From: Oligoflexales bacterium
GTDB taxonomy: Bacteria; Bdellovibrionota_B; Oligoflexia; Oligoflexales; JAPPIL01
Length of the DNA: 64,000 nt
Assembly: GCA_965215515.1 (NCBI GenBank)
Contig: OZ244057.1
Location: 1,856,001 to 1,920,000 of the forward strand
Reading direction: 5' to 3'
The translations under genes were made by a program, and so were the position numbers. Below the pieces are notes generated by a model that saw nothing but the letters and a program-made list of their open reading frames with translations, was not told the DNA's origin and did no database searches. This document shows, piece after piece, positions 9,229-18,762 of the stretch. Within the stretch, counting starts at the first letter, position 1. Each line of letters begins with the position of its first letter.

Positions 9229-9717
9229 GTGAAAAAGTTTATCGATCACCTAAGTTGCTTTAATTTCAATGAATCCCAGTATTGGGTAGTTCCTGATGTA
9301 TACCGTCGCGGGGACTTTGAAGTCAGTTGGTTCAGAACTGCGATGGGCAATCCCGTGTGGAAAGTGCGAGCGCGTGGCGAAAATGCTGAGTGGGTGGAAT
9401 TCGACAACCGTGATGCAGTAGCGAAACTGTCGGAGTGCGGTGTTGATCTGCTCGCGTTGCGTAACTGCATCGCGGAGACGGTATTGAGGCAAGCGGTCTA
9501 TGCGGCGCAAATCAGTAAAAGTGCTAAAGAATTGCTAGGTGACCAAAATGTTGACAGTGCTGTGGCCGAGAACGAACTGTTCGTCGCCGATCTCGTCAGC
9601 AAAATCAAGGATACGCTAGCTAACACCCATACCGAGCAGGAGAAGAACGATACTCCCGTTCGTCATCTAAAACTTGTTACACAGCCTCAAAAGCCACTAT
9701 GCGGCGACACGCCCTAG
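9229..9717 (+). CDS. Hypothetical protein
   Basis: GGAGG RBS before GTG 9229 within ORF 9076..9717; protein-like composition. Confidence 0.6.
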   Translation: MKKFIDHLSCFNFNESQYWVVPDVYRRGDFEVSWFRTAMGNPVWKVRARGENAEWVEFDNRDAVAKLSECGVDLLALRNCIAETVLRQAVYAAQISKSAKELLGDQNVDSAVAENELFVADLVSKIKDTLANTHTEQEKNDTPVRHLKLVTQPQKPLCGDTP

Positions 9718-10326
9718 TCGCGTCAAAACCTTGCCCCGACATTGAAGTGGAAACGCCCGCGCTGATACCAGTGCTGCTTGGCGAGCCTGCGATCGCGGCA
9801 GTGCCCTGAGTTCCGAGAGGGGGAGAAGATGGGGCCGCTACAGGCAGCCGTACCCGCTGAATGACTTCACTGTTATCTCCGTTGACCCTGCTGCATTTGC
9901 TCGTACTGAGCTAGGAATTGTACACCATCGAATCCCAACAAGCCTCCTACTCCTCGCTTCTTAATTCTAGAAGTGTGAACATTGTGTGAAATTAGCAGAC
10001 GATCCATTTTGTCTGCATCAGGCTCGTTGTGCATCATATAAAAAATTTTAACGGTAAAATCTTGCTCTATTTCTTCAAGTTTCGTGAGATATTTGTGGAG
10101 ATATTCCTATCTGAGCTAGAGTGGAAAGGGAAGTATTATTCTTATTCTTGCAATAGAGATAGGGTTGTAGAACGAGCTGAGGAAAATCGATAGATATGAG
10201 TATGTATGGGTTTGTTACAATTCCTCTCACTTCACCTCAATCGGTATCTGTTCCTGAATAACTTTGGGCATGGTAGCAAGGCCGATCTGTAGGCACAGGT
10301 TGTTGTCACTAGATGATTGCCGTTGA

Positions 10327-10620
10327 TTAGGCCGCTTTTCTTGGCTTGACAGAGAATTCAAGACCAAAAACGGCAAGGCCTTTCTCCAGTCGCCTATATC
10401 CCCACGATTTGTTGCCACTGACGAATTCAGATACGTTTGAGATTGGTATGCCTGACTTGTCGGAAAACTCTTTGATGCCCATGCTTCTAATAGCAAAACG
10501 CAGAGCAGCAACGATATTTCCCCGCAATTCAAGGCTAACCATTACCAGTTCCCTAGCAAAATCAGGGTCACGCATTTTTTTCGCCATTGCCTCACTGTGT
10601 GATTTGCTCCTGTTCGTCAT
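10327..10620 (-). CDS. Putative HTH antitoxin (addiction module antidote)
   Basis: GGAGG RBS; Xre-like HTH (MGIKEFSDKSGIPISNVSEFVSG); directly downstream of the toxin. Confidence 0.8.
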   Translation of the reverse strand: MTNRSKSHSEAMAKKMRDPDFARELVMVSLELRGNIVAALRFAIRSMGIKEFSDKSGIPISNVSEFVSGNKSWGYRRLEKGLAVFGLEFSVKPRKAA

Positions 10621-10918
10621 AGTTCCTCCAGTAGTTCTTTGCTCTCTCAATATCAGCTGACTGAGTACGTTTGCTGCCGCCAAGCAGCACGATTAGCCCA
10701 TTTAACTTGCCAAAATAGACACGCATAGTGCCATGTTTATAGTTGATCTTGATTTCCCAAACACCATCACCAAGCGACTTTACATTCTTGCGGCTACCAC
10801 CACAGGCCACTCGATCGATATAATCATAAACCGCAATCTGACTTCGCCTTTCGAGCTTGTCCACCCAGTCTTCAAAAGGACACCTTCCGTTTTCAAGTCT
10901 GTAGTAGACAACGTCCAT
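10592..10918 (-). CDS. RelE/ParE superfamily toxin (HigB-like addiction module killer)
   Basis: YRLENGRCPFEDW, VKSLGDGVWEIKI, RVYF, LLGGSKRTQSADIERAK; toxin-first gene order. Confidence 0.85.
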   Translation of the reverse strand: MDVVYYRLENGRCPFEDWVDKLERRSQIAVYDYIDRVACGGSRKNVKSLGDGVWEIKINYKHGTMRVYFGKLNGLIVLLGGSKRTQSADIERAKNYWRNYDEQEQITQ

Positions 10919-10926
10919 GAGGCTAT

Positions 10927-10953
10927 ACTTACCTAAAAAGGAAAGTTTGTCAA
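10927..10953 (-). promoter_or_regulatory. Putative TA promoter with operator palindrome
   Basis: TTGACA at 10953-10948; imperfect inverted repeat ACTTACCT-N4-AGGAAAGT at 10927-10946. Confidence 0.55.
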
Positions 10954-10999
10954 CACCAAGTTAGCTCAAACATATCTAACATGGGATCGCAACCCTGTC

Positions 11000-11014
11000 A
11001 CGGGGGCATCTACA
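11000..11014 (-). mobile_element. 15-bp IS3 IRL tip
   Basis: Reverse complement TGTAGATGCCCCCGT, identical to the start of 3939 and 58570. Confidence 0.7.
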
Positions 11015-11178
11015 GCTATCGACAAGCCAATTGCTAACGCATTGCTACGATAGATAAGTGCTAGCAAAGCCAGCTTCTTTTACCTTGTAGTGGTTTTTGG
11101 ACGACAGTTAGACTCAACCCGTTCTTCCCCATCTATCCTGATGGATACTTTACTGATCCCAGCTTTGATTGCAAAAAC

Positions 11179-11688
11179 ATGCCAGCACCTTTCAATTACT
11201 CCAGCTCTGAGATGGTTGATGAGATTGCGGATCATGGTGTGCCAGCTATTTTAGCAGGTATCGTCAGGCTATCGAGCTTTTCCCTCAATCAGATAGAGAA
11301 AGCCTCTGGGCGCAACTTGAGGGAATTTTACCGTGACGACACAAAGAAAACTGCTATCTTTACCGAGAAGAAATCCCGTGATTTTCACTATAGTGATGAT
11401 GAGATTAGAGCCTACTATGAGCGTATTCATGCCAAGTGTGTGCAAAGAGGCATCCAGTTTACTACCTGCTACATCGGCAATGGCGAAAGTCATTTTTGGA
11501 AAGATCAAGACTTGTGGTCTAATAAAAAAGATTGTTGCAATGCCATCGGTCGTGTCGAGAAGTTTGCTAAAACAAAAACGGCTCGTGATATCAATTGGGA
11601 TGTGAGGATGAAACACACTAACAACAAGTGCCTAAAGCCGTTTTTGGGGAAGAAGGGAATTGTTTACACTAAAAATATTTTGGTTTGA
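11179..11688 (+). CDS. Hypothetical protein, possibly a C-terminal fragment
   Basis: 169-aa ORF of lower GC with several Cys; no family recognised. Confidence 0.4.
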   Translation: MPAPFNYSSSEMVDEIADHGVPAILAGIVRLSSFSLNQIEKASGRNLREFYRDDTKKTAIFTEKKSRDFHYSDDEIRAYYERIHAKCVQRGIQFTTCYIGNGESHFWKDQDLWSNKKDCCNAIGRVEKFAKTKTARDINWDVRMKHTNNKCLKPFLGKKGIVYTKNILV

Positions 11689-11731
11689 GATTTTCCCAGT
11701 GAATATGTAGCAAGCTTAGTGACTTCAAGCG

Positions 11732-12967
11732 TTAAGATGCATCTCGCAATAAATCGCGAGTATACATCAAGTCAACAGTATAACCATGCTCATTTTCCAA
11801 TCTATCAGCTTCTTCATGAGCATCTTTTGAGAAGCTGTGGGCTATGATTATACCTGCACCACGCTTTTGTATGTGTTTGAGAAAAGCATCAATAACAGGT
11901 CTACCGACTCTGTATGACTTTTTTACCTGTATAGGAATGTGATCATGTGTGTACCCATCAACACCACCATCTCTTCTTTGCTGAGTATTTGGTGTGCCTC
12001 CAATAAGAGATACTATGTGTTTTTCAAATTCAAAAGGAGATAGTGACATAACTTGACCTTTGGATAGACTATTATCTCGGATAACTTCTATCCTCAACTT
12101 GTGATCACGAACCATCCTTTCTTTGATAACATTTATGGCATCTTTGCTAACATCAATCCCCAACCAGCGTCGTCCAAGCTGCTGTGCAGAACTTATCGTT
12201 GTTCCACAACCACAAAAGGCATCAAAAACCAAGTTGCCCTTGTTAGTGAAAGATTCTATAAGACGATTCAAGAGGGCTAGTGGCTTTTGTGTTGGGTAGC
12301 CAACCCGTTCCTTAGCTCCTGATCTTGTTCCAAAACCAAGAATATCTGTCCAGACAGAGCCAACAGCACTCTTATACTTATCTAAGTAGTACTTTTTCCT
12401 GAGCTTTCCACCACTTGTAGTGTATATCATTCCCTTTTTCTTCATTTTTGCTATTGATGTTTCTGAATAATCCCCGATGGGAGCAGTTCTGAATTTTCTT
12501 CTTGTATTAGGTTCTATCTGTGAAAACGTTTTCTTCTGCTCATCAGTCAACGGTACATGCTGTTGACGAAATACAAATTTTTGCGTTTTTGCATAAACCA
12601 GTATCGTATCATGATTTCTTGGAAATTGTTTTGAGGTCTTTTTCGCTCCCTTACCAGCTGGATCTCGTTGCCATATTATTTCGTTAATCATGTTGTTCTG
12701 CCCAAAAATTTTGTCCAACTCTACTTTTGCGTAGTGAGAGGAACGATGATCTAAGTGTAAACAGAAAACACCACTATCCTTTAGCAGCCTATAGCATTCC
12801 CTTAATCTAGGAGTCAACCACTTTATGTATGCGTTAATGCCTCCCATCCATGCGTCGTTGAAGGAGACAACTTTCTTTCCCCATGCCTTATCCATGCGTA
12901 CTGAATTTGAACAGAAAGGTGGATCAATGTAGATAAAATCAATTTTGTTTGCTTTTAGTGTCTTCAT
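11732..12967 (-). CDS. N6/N4 DNA methyltransferase (beta class) fused to Mrr-like PD-(D/E)XK domain; 5' end clipped by IS
   Basis: IYIDPPF, YPTQKP, VFDAFCGCGT; C-terminal DGGVDG..IQVKK; AT-rich. Confidence 0.85.
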   Translation of the reverse strand: MKTLKANKIDFIYIDPPFCSNSVRMDKAWGKKVVSFNDAWMGGINAYIKWLTPRLRECYRLLKDSGVFCLHLDHRSSHYAKVELDKIFGQNNMINEIIWQRDPAGKGAKKTSKQFPRNHDTILVYAKTQKFVFRQQHVPLTDEQKKTFSQIEPNTRRKFRTAPIGDYSETSIAKMKKKGMIYTTSGGKLRKKYYLDKYKSAVGSVWTDILGFGTRSGAKERVGYPTQKPLALLNRLIESFTNKGNLVFDAFCGCGTTISSAQQLGRRWLGIDVSKDAINVIKERMVRDHKLRIEVIRDNSLSKGQVMSLSPFEFEKHIVSLIGGTPNTQQRRDGGVDGYTHDHIPIQVKKSYRVGRPVIDAFLKHIQKRGAGIIIAHSFSKDAHEEADRLENEHGYTVDLMYTRDLLRDAS

Positions 12968-12978
12968 AACTGCAAGGT

Positions 12979-13564
12979 TGTGGAGTTGCCCCCGTAGAGC
13001 GGACAGTCTACCCAGCCTGTTGAAACTCCATATACATCCTAGGTGACATCATGCCAAGTGCTTTGTGTGGTGCAACGTTGTTGTATTCATCAAACCAGAC
13101 ATGCAATTTTTGCTCAACCACATCCGCTGAACTCAAGTCACTGACATAGGCATAGTCTCGTTTAAAAGTTTTCACGAACGCCTCCGCCATACCATTGCTT
13201 GCGGGGCTGTATGGTCTCGTAGTACAAACATCAAAGCCCAGATACTTGGCAAACGTTGTCGTCTGCCTAGCAACGTAACAGGGGACATTATCCGATAGCC
13301 ACTGTATTCTGTGCGGCAATTCATCGCCAAAACGTGCACCTACACAGTCAACCATCAAGTCTCTAACAAGACCACCATCAACGCCGCATGTCGAGCACGC
13401 CCAGCTGATTACTTCACGATCGTGGCAATCCATGGCAAACACAACCTCGAGACACTCCCCGTTATCGCACTGGATTCTGAAAGTATCCGAACACCATCGA
13501 GTGTTGCTCCTCAACGTAGCCACCTTACCTTCGTGAACCCTTGTTGGCCTCGACGCATGCCTTC
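12979..13564 (-). mobile_element. IS3-family (IS2-like) partial element: rve integrase core plus IRR
   Basis: WCSD, DCHDRE, WLSDN, SNGMAEAF motifs; near-identical to 57790-58374. Confidence 0.9.
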
Positions 13565-13686
13565 TTCTGAGTTCCGCAGGTAAATTTCCCAACATACTGT
13601 AATTATAGGGATATGCTTCCTGTGTAGGGCACTACATGTGCGCAAGTTTTGCGCAGTAGTTTAGAGCTTAAAGGGTGCAGAGGAGC

Positions 13687-14096
13687 ATTTCAGTCCGACG
13701 ATGCGGTAGAGGTTTTTGGCCCGCGGGGAGGCTTTTATGTTAGGCATGCCATACAGCTCTCCTGTCTTGATGTGCCCTGAGACGATCGCCTTTGCGGTGG
13801 AATATGGGACGCATTTTGAGATCGTGTTTGGAGCTGCGAAAAGCTTCTTCGATCTCCCATAGGCGACGGTAAGAGGCTATTACCTTCCCCGCGGGTTGCT
13901 TGGAATTGGTAATGTACCCGCTGATGCCATCCCAGGCAGCATCACTGGCTGCCTTGTCTCGATTGATTTTAGCTGTCTTCTTGCTCCCAGTACCGAATTG
14001 GAGATATTTTTTGCTGCCGCTGTTCTTGACCAGATCTTTCACCGCTACCTCACCCTCGACCTTAGCCATCCTCTCCAGACGATCTAACAAACGAGC
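13687..14096 (-). mobile_element. IS1634-family transposase C-terminal remnant
   Basis: WDGISGYITN..YRRLWEIEEAFRSSKHDLKMRPIFH; cut at 14096 by an IS3 IRL. Confidence 0.75.
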
Positions 14097-14185
14097 TGTA
14101 GATGCCACCGTAAAGAGCGGACACCCTATCGGCTTCTAACAATCACGTAGAGGAGTTCAGTTACGGTTAGTGATCGTTTCGTAAG
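14097..14185 (+). mobile_element. IS3-family IRL and adjacent sequence
   Basis: TGTAGATGCCACCGTAAAGAGCGGACACCC...; near-identical to 58570 onward; inner boundary approximate. Confidence 0.8.
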
Positions 14186-14222
14186 TTCGGAAGCACCTGA
14201 TAGAGAGAAGGCGGGGGCATAG

Positions 14223-15401
14223 TCACTCCTCTTTTTTCAGTTCACCCCAGGTGGTGGTTTGTTTGCCCTTTGCTGCGACAGGCATAGCCTTGGGGTGGGC
14301 GGCGATGAGGGTGACGATACGCTTCATATTGCGTTGTTGGGCGAGATCTAGTGCCCTATGCCCGTCTGCGTTTTTGAGGAAGGGTTTGATGTCCTGGTGT
14401 GCAATGAGCCTAGCCACCAGGTCTTTGGAGCCGCTCAACACTGCGTAGTGTAGGGCGGTCATCCCTTTCGCATCACGGACATTGATTTTGATATCCTGGT
14501 GGCTGGTGAGTCTAGCTACCAGTATCAAGTAGCCCTTGAGCACGGCATGGTGCAGGGCGGTCAGACCTTCCTTGTCTTGGACGTTGATGTCGATGTCAGG
14601 ATCGTTCTTGAGCACCTCGCGGGCCCAGAAGGATTTCCCTTGTTTGATCTCGAAGAGCAGTGGGTGTTTAGGGCGGCAACCCCTCGGGGTTTCCTCCAGT
14701 TCGTAATCAGGAAAAAGACACTCTTCCAGCGGTAAACCCTCGTGCCTGTGTCTGTAGAGCCAGACGATGCCGTTGATGTCGTCTTGGCCGAGATCGCCAA
14801 TCTTATTCACAAAATGTGAGTGTGAACTCATTATGGAAGCGGGCTGTGTGCCCTTAGTGCTAGGTAAACCGCCTGTGCTAGGGCCTGGCTTGCCCTTGTA
14901 GGTGTCGGAGAGACCGAAAGCATGCCCAACTTCGTGGATAAGGTTGTTCATAAAGATTGCTGTCCTCATGCCGCGACGCATGTTGATGACAGGGCGATTG
15001 TCCCTCAGTTGAGCATTGGAGGTATCAAAATTACAGTGGAAAATGACCCGCAGATCTTCGTCGTGGGGGCGGGGAACGGCGACGCGCTGAGAGCGGAAAT
15101 CTTCAACGATCGGCTTGTCAGTGTAGTCGCGCAATGGCTGCAACCAGGCACGTAAGGCTTTGCCGATGGCGGCGGTAAGTGCCTCGTCGTTATCCCTTTC
15201 CTCGGGCGGACAATTGTCACCGTAGGTATAAGCGATGTCCAGGTGCGGCGCGTGCACCTTATTGATGAGCTGACCATCAAGATTAAAACCTTCCCGCCAC
15301 CAGCGATGTTGCTGCGCGATAAACTTCGTATCCGTGCTCTGCGGACGCACTATGCAGGACAATAACAACAGAGCGAACGACAAAAAAAGTGAGTGTCTCA
15401 T
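14223..15401 (-). CDS. Lipoprotein zinc metalloprotease with ankyrin repeats, copy 2
   Basis: GGAGG RBS; lipobox LLLSC; HEVGHAFGLSD; QPASIM; ankyrin repeats; tail KGKQTTTWGELKKEE. Confidence 0.85.
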   Translation of the reverse strand: MRHSLFLSFALLLLSCIVRPQSTDTKFIAQQHRWWREGFNLDGQLINKVHAPHLDIAYTYGDNCPPEERDNDEALTAAIGKALRAWLQPLRDYTDKPIVEDFRSQRVAVPRPHDEDLRVIFHCNFDTSNAQLRDNRPVINMRRGMRTAIFMNNLIHEVGHAFGLSDTYKGKPGPSTGGLPSTKGTQPASIMSSHSHFVNKIGDLGQDDINGIVWLYRHRHEGLPLEECLFPDYELEETPRGCRPKHPLLFEIKQGKSFWAREVLKNDPDIDINVQDKEGLTALHHAVLKGYLILVARLTSHQDIKINVRDAKGMTALHYAVLSGSKDLVARLIAHQDIKPFLKNADGHRALDLAQQRNMKRIVTLIAAHPKAMPVAAKGKQTTTWGELKKEE

Positions 15402-15413
15402 GAGCGTATCCTC

Positions 15414-18368
15414 CTAAGGACAGACTTCGTTATCCTGCAAGGTTGTAACACTAGCAGCAGCGCAACCGCCGAAAGCACATCGATCGAGTGCTTCGAAGAG
15501 ATAGGGAGTTGATTCGTCGAGAAGGCTTGGAACTGGATGCTCAGGATCGTTGTCTAGTAGTCGTCTATCTATAAATTTTCTACATTCTATGCTCATGCTA
15601 CTCTTGCTTGTTGTACCCGCATAGAAATAATCCCACCACAGTTTTTGAGAAAGAGCACCCTGGTACTGATCCCCTTCAATAATGCCACCTGCAAATAGAG
15701 AATTGGGGTCGTCGTTTACAACGTCTGCATATGTTTGACAATCAACAGGAATCCTCCCTGTACTCCCGCTAGGAGTACCATATTTGAGAATGTTTTGTAC
15801 CTCACCAAGCTTGAGATGACTATAGTTAGTGCAAGCGTCCATGGCTGTAACGGGGGCGTAGCAGTCGCACGTTCCTTTGCCAGGAGACCATAAGAAAGGT
15901 GCATAGCCCTCGGGGCAGGAGGGAACACATGGCTCACCTTCTTTTGGTGGTTGTGTCGTTGGTGTTGGTGTAGGCTTCACAATGCAAATACAGTTGAAGG
16001 AGAGGGGTCTATTATTCACTTGATTTTTCTCTAGGGTGTGACCATCACCACCACCTTCGCATCCATGTGTTGCGGCATCGACAGTTATCGGCAACTGTAG
16101 AGAAGGAGTAGGGCTATCGTCACTATTTCTGTACGATATACACTGCCCCACACAGGTACATGCAATGGATGGCGAATCACCCGTTGATGCAAAGTGACCG
16201 CCTAGACCTTCACAGTGACTCTCTACACCATAAACCGTCTTTACGCTGGGAGCAGTAGTATAACTACCTGTGTAGCTGACGCTATCACAGACAGGATCAG
16301 GCGGTGTCTCTGTCGGAGGTAGAGAGCCGCTGTATTTGCAACTCCCCGTACACTTATCAGTGTCGAAACTCCAGCTCATACTAGCCCCGCTGCAGGTGCA
16401 GCCGCCACTGTTCCACGTGCCGCTAGCTTTGGTGCATGCAGTTTTCTCAGCGTCGTCAGAACACACGCACTTGCCTGTCGAACCAACCCCGAACACAGAC
16501 AGCGCCTTGTTGAGCAGGCTGAATGAAGTACGAGCAGAGAAGTTCCATACCTTCTTGGGATCAGAGCAAGTGCACTTGCACCTATTATCGTTCCAGGTTG
16601 CCTCACTCACGTTGCCGCATGCGTTTTTCTCATTACCAGTACTATCAGGGCACTGACACGTACAATTACTCGAATTGTATACTCTGTTCACGTATGTCGT
16701 CCCATCGCTGCTGTTGCAATTGCAGCCACTACCATATGTAGCCCTTTTCTGATCCTGACAGCTGCCGCCCGTCGTCCCATCCAAACAGGCATTCTCACAC
16801 TCTTCCACTTGCACCGCCTGCCCTCCCGAGCATTCTTCAGTTTCAGTAATGGGTTCTGTTGGCTGTTCTGTCTCTGACTTCTTCTTACACACGCACTTAC
16901 CCTCCATCCAGATGACGGTGTAGTCTGAAGTTGGATTTATACAGGGGTCATCTTGAAGCACGCCTTCGTCGCTGCAGCAGTAGTGGGTATTGTGGTTGTC
17001 CTCCTTGCATCCTTCGGGCTCCTCAGTTTCAATGGCGGAGCAGTCACACGCATCTGGGTCCAAGTCCGTGTTCCAGCTGATTGTGTATGCATCATCACAG
17101 TTATCACCGCTGGGAATGACACCACCAGTACCTTCCTCACTGCAGCAGTAGTTGCTCATGTTGCGCTGTCGGCATTCTTGGCCTTCATCCTTAGGACTGC
17201 AAGTGCAGTTAGCACTATCAACCCCGTGTGGGCAATCAGTAGCAGTAAGTGGACACTCGCACTGGCAGGTCGTGGAATTCCAAGTCGGTGTGGCAGAGGG
17301 GCAGGTGATGCCAGCTTCTGCAGCAGTAGCATATAGACACTGGCACTGGCAGGTTGTGGAATTCCATGTGTAGTTGCCAGTACAAGACTGTGGAGCACAT
17401 CCACATTGGCAGTGACTGGGAATCCAGGTGTAACCTGCAGCACAATCATCTTTGCTTTTTTTACATATACAACAATCAGGCTTACTTATATCTGTTTCCC
17501 ACCCGCCAACTTTGGCGCAGGTGGTGCATGGGGGGGGGGTAGTACACGTACAAGTAGTACCATCCAGCACTGCTGGGGGAGTGCAGGTACGATTGCAGGC
17601 ACAACAATCGTTATGGTGAGCAGTAACATCAAAGCTCCAGTCGGAGTTTAACCCAGCTTTATCGCAGGTTGTCTTTGGGTTTCCATACTCTCCTTCAGGA
17701 CAACACTGCGTTGCTGGGTTGCATGTCGGAGGTGGCGGCGTTGGTGTCGGATCAGGCGGTGGTGTTGGTGTTGGCGGAGGTGGCGGCGGTGGTGCCCCCA
17801 TTCCCGCGGGGCAGTACTTGGTGATGTTGCGGCAGACCGTGGGCTTGGCATCGCGCAACGCCATCCTCACCGCATCACCCCGCGTATAGTCACACTCCTC
17901 TCTCCCCCCGCCATGACAATCGGGATAAATATACCTGCCCTCATCATCGGCATACGCAAAGGCAACCGCCTCATTACCAGGACGTAACTGATAAAAATAA
18001 CGTAACTGTCCACAGGCTTGCGGACGGAAACCCAGATGGTTATTCAACCCCAGATCGCGATCATCGGCGTAGTCCCCACAATCACCCCTAGTACCGTCCT
18101 CATTCTTGTAGCCGATACCACCATCAGGGGCGAGCAACGCGGAGCCACTGTAGTACCTGAAGTGCTCGATCTTATACACCGCCTGCAGACTAGCCAGATG
18201 GGCGAGGTTGCTCTTCGCCTCCCCCCGCCGTGCCTGCGCCAAGAAAGCATGATAACGCGGCAGCGCCAAGGCAACCAAAATGCCGATAACCGCCACCGCG
18301 ACCATCAACTCCACCAAACTTAAACCCGCTCTCGTCCGCACCACTTCCCTTTTTTTGGCTAAAAACAA
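15414..18368 (-). CDS. Giant type IV pilin-like Cys-rich protein, copy 2 (984 aa)
   Basis: Same prepilin N-terminal domain as copy 1; CxCxC repeats (TWNSTTCQCQC). Confidence 0.85.
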   Translation of the reverse strand: MFLAKKREVVRTRAGLSLVELMVAVAVIGILVALALPRYHAFLAQARRGEAKSNLAHLASLQAVYKIEHFRYYSGSALLAPDGGIGYKNEDGTRGDCGDYADDRDLGLNNHLGFRPQACGQLRYFYQLRPGNEAVAFAYADDEGRYIYPDCHGGGREECDYTRGDAVRMALRDAKPTVCRNITKYCPAGMGAPPPPPPPTPTPPPDPTPTPPPPTCNPATQCCPEGEYGNPKTTCDKAGLNSDWSFDVTAHHNDCCACNRTCTPPAVLDGTTCTCTTPPPCTTCAKVGGWETDISKPDCCICKKSKDDCAAGYTWIPSHCQCGCAPQSCTGNYTWNSTTCQCQCLYATAAEAGITCPSATPTWNSTTCQCECPLTATDCPHGVDSANCTCSPKDEGQECRQRNMSNYCCSEEGTGGVIPSGDNCDDAYTISWNTDLDPDACDCSAIETEEPEGCKEDNHNTHYCCSDEGVLQDDPCINPTSDYTVIWMEGKCVCKKKSETEQPTEPITETEECSGGQAVQVEECENACLDGTTGGSCQDQKRATYGSGCNCNSSDGTTYVNRVYNSSNCTCQCPDSTGNEKNACGNVSEATWNDNRCKCTCSDPKKVWNFSARTSFSLLNKALSVFGVGSTGKCVCSDDAEKTACTKASGTWNSGGCTCSGASMSWSFDTDKCTGSCKYSGSLPPTETPPDPVCDSVSYTGSYTTAPSVKTVYGVESHCEGLGGHFASTGDSPSIACTCVGQCISYRNSDDSPTPSLQLPITVDAATHGCEGGGDGHTLEKNQVNNRPLSFNCICIVKPTPTPTTQPPKEGEPCVPSCPEGYAPFLWSPGKGTCDCYAPVTAMDACTNYSHLKLGEVQNILKYGTPSGSTGRIPVDCQTYADVVNDDPNSLFAGGIIEGDQYQGALSQKLWWDYFYAGTTSKSSMSIECRKFIDRRLLDNDPEHPVPSLLDESTPYLFEALDRCAFGGCAAASVTTLQDNEVCP

Positions 18369-18468
18369 AACTTCCCCGCGCGAACGTCATCGGCGTTTTT
18401 TTTTCACTTTAGTTACGTTGCCAAAAGCCCCAAATTACAGTTGTCTGCCTGCAATATTGCGGGAGAGA

Positions 18469-18481
18469 GGGGGCATCTACA
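18469..18481 (-). mobile_element. 13-bp IS3 IRL tip closing cassette 2
   Basis: GGGGGCATCTACA, reverse complement of TGTAGATGCCCCC; lies exactly where homology with the other upstream regions ends. Confidence 0.65.
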
Positions 18482-18713
18482 GCGTACAAGTGATTTTCGT
18501 TAGCTGTGGTTTATTTCTATTTTGCTTGTTTGCCGACGGTAGCTTGTTTAGAATAGCGTGGGTGTGGTTTTGCGGGAGGTGTTGTTGTCCGTGGTGCGTC
18601 TGTTTGTTTTTATATTTTTATTTGCCTGCACACAACAAGCACAGTTGCCTGAGTGAGGTGAGCCGTGAGAGCGTCTGTCAGCCAAGTACACCAGCCTCGT
18701 GTTAGAATGCCCA

Positions 18714-18761
18714 TGTGGAGTTGCCCCCCAAAAAACCTCTACCGCATCGTCGGACTGAAAT
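18714..18761. mobile_element. IS3 IRR tip fused to sequence from the IS1634 remnant
   Basis: TGTGGAGTTGCCCCC at 18714; 18731-18761 is the exact reverse complement of 13687-13717. Confidence 0.75.
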
Positions 18762-18762
18762 A

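Noticed and set aside
9718..10320. Possible ncRNA or gene in the long intergenic stretch
   Set aside because: No recognisable RNA motif or credible ORF; ORF 10227-10532 is an alternative frame of the antitoxin
13008..13595. IS3 ORFs as functional transposases (also 57817-58464)
   Set aside because: Both lack orfA and the orfB N-terminus; the 13008 copy also has SDNV in place of SDNG
18190..18407. Poly-A tract as a translational frameshift switch from an upstream GTG
   Set aside because: In the in-frame A9 allele a TGA (CGA TGA) occurs before the pilin start, so no fusion is possible
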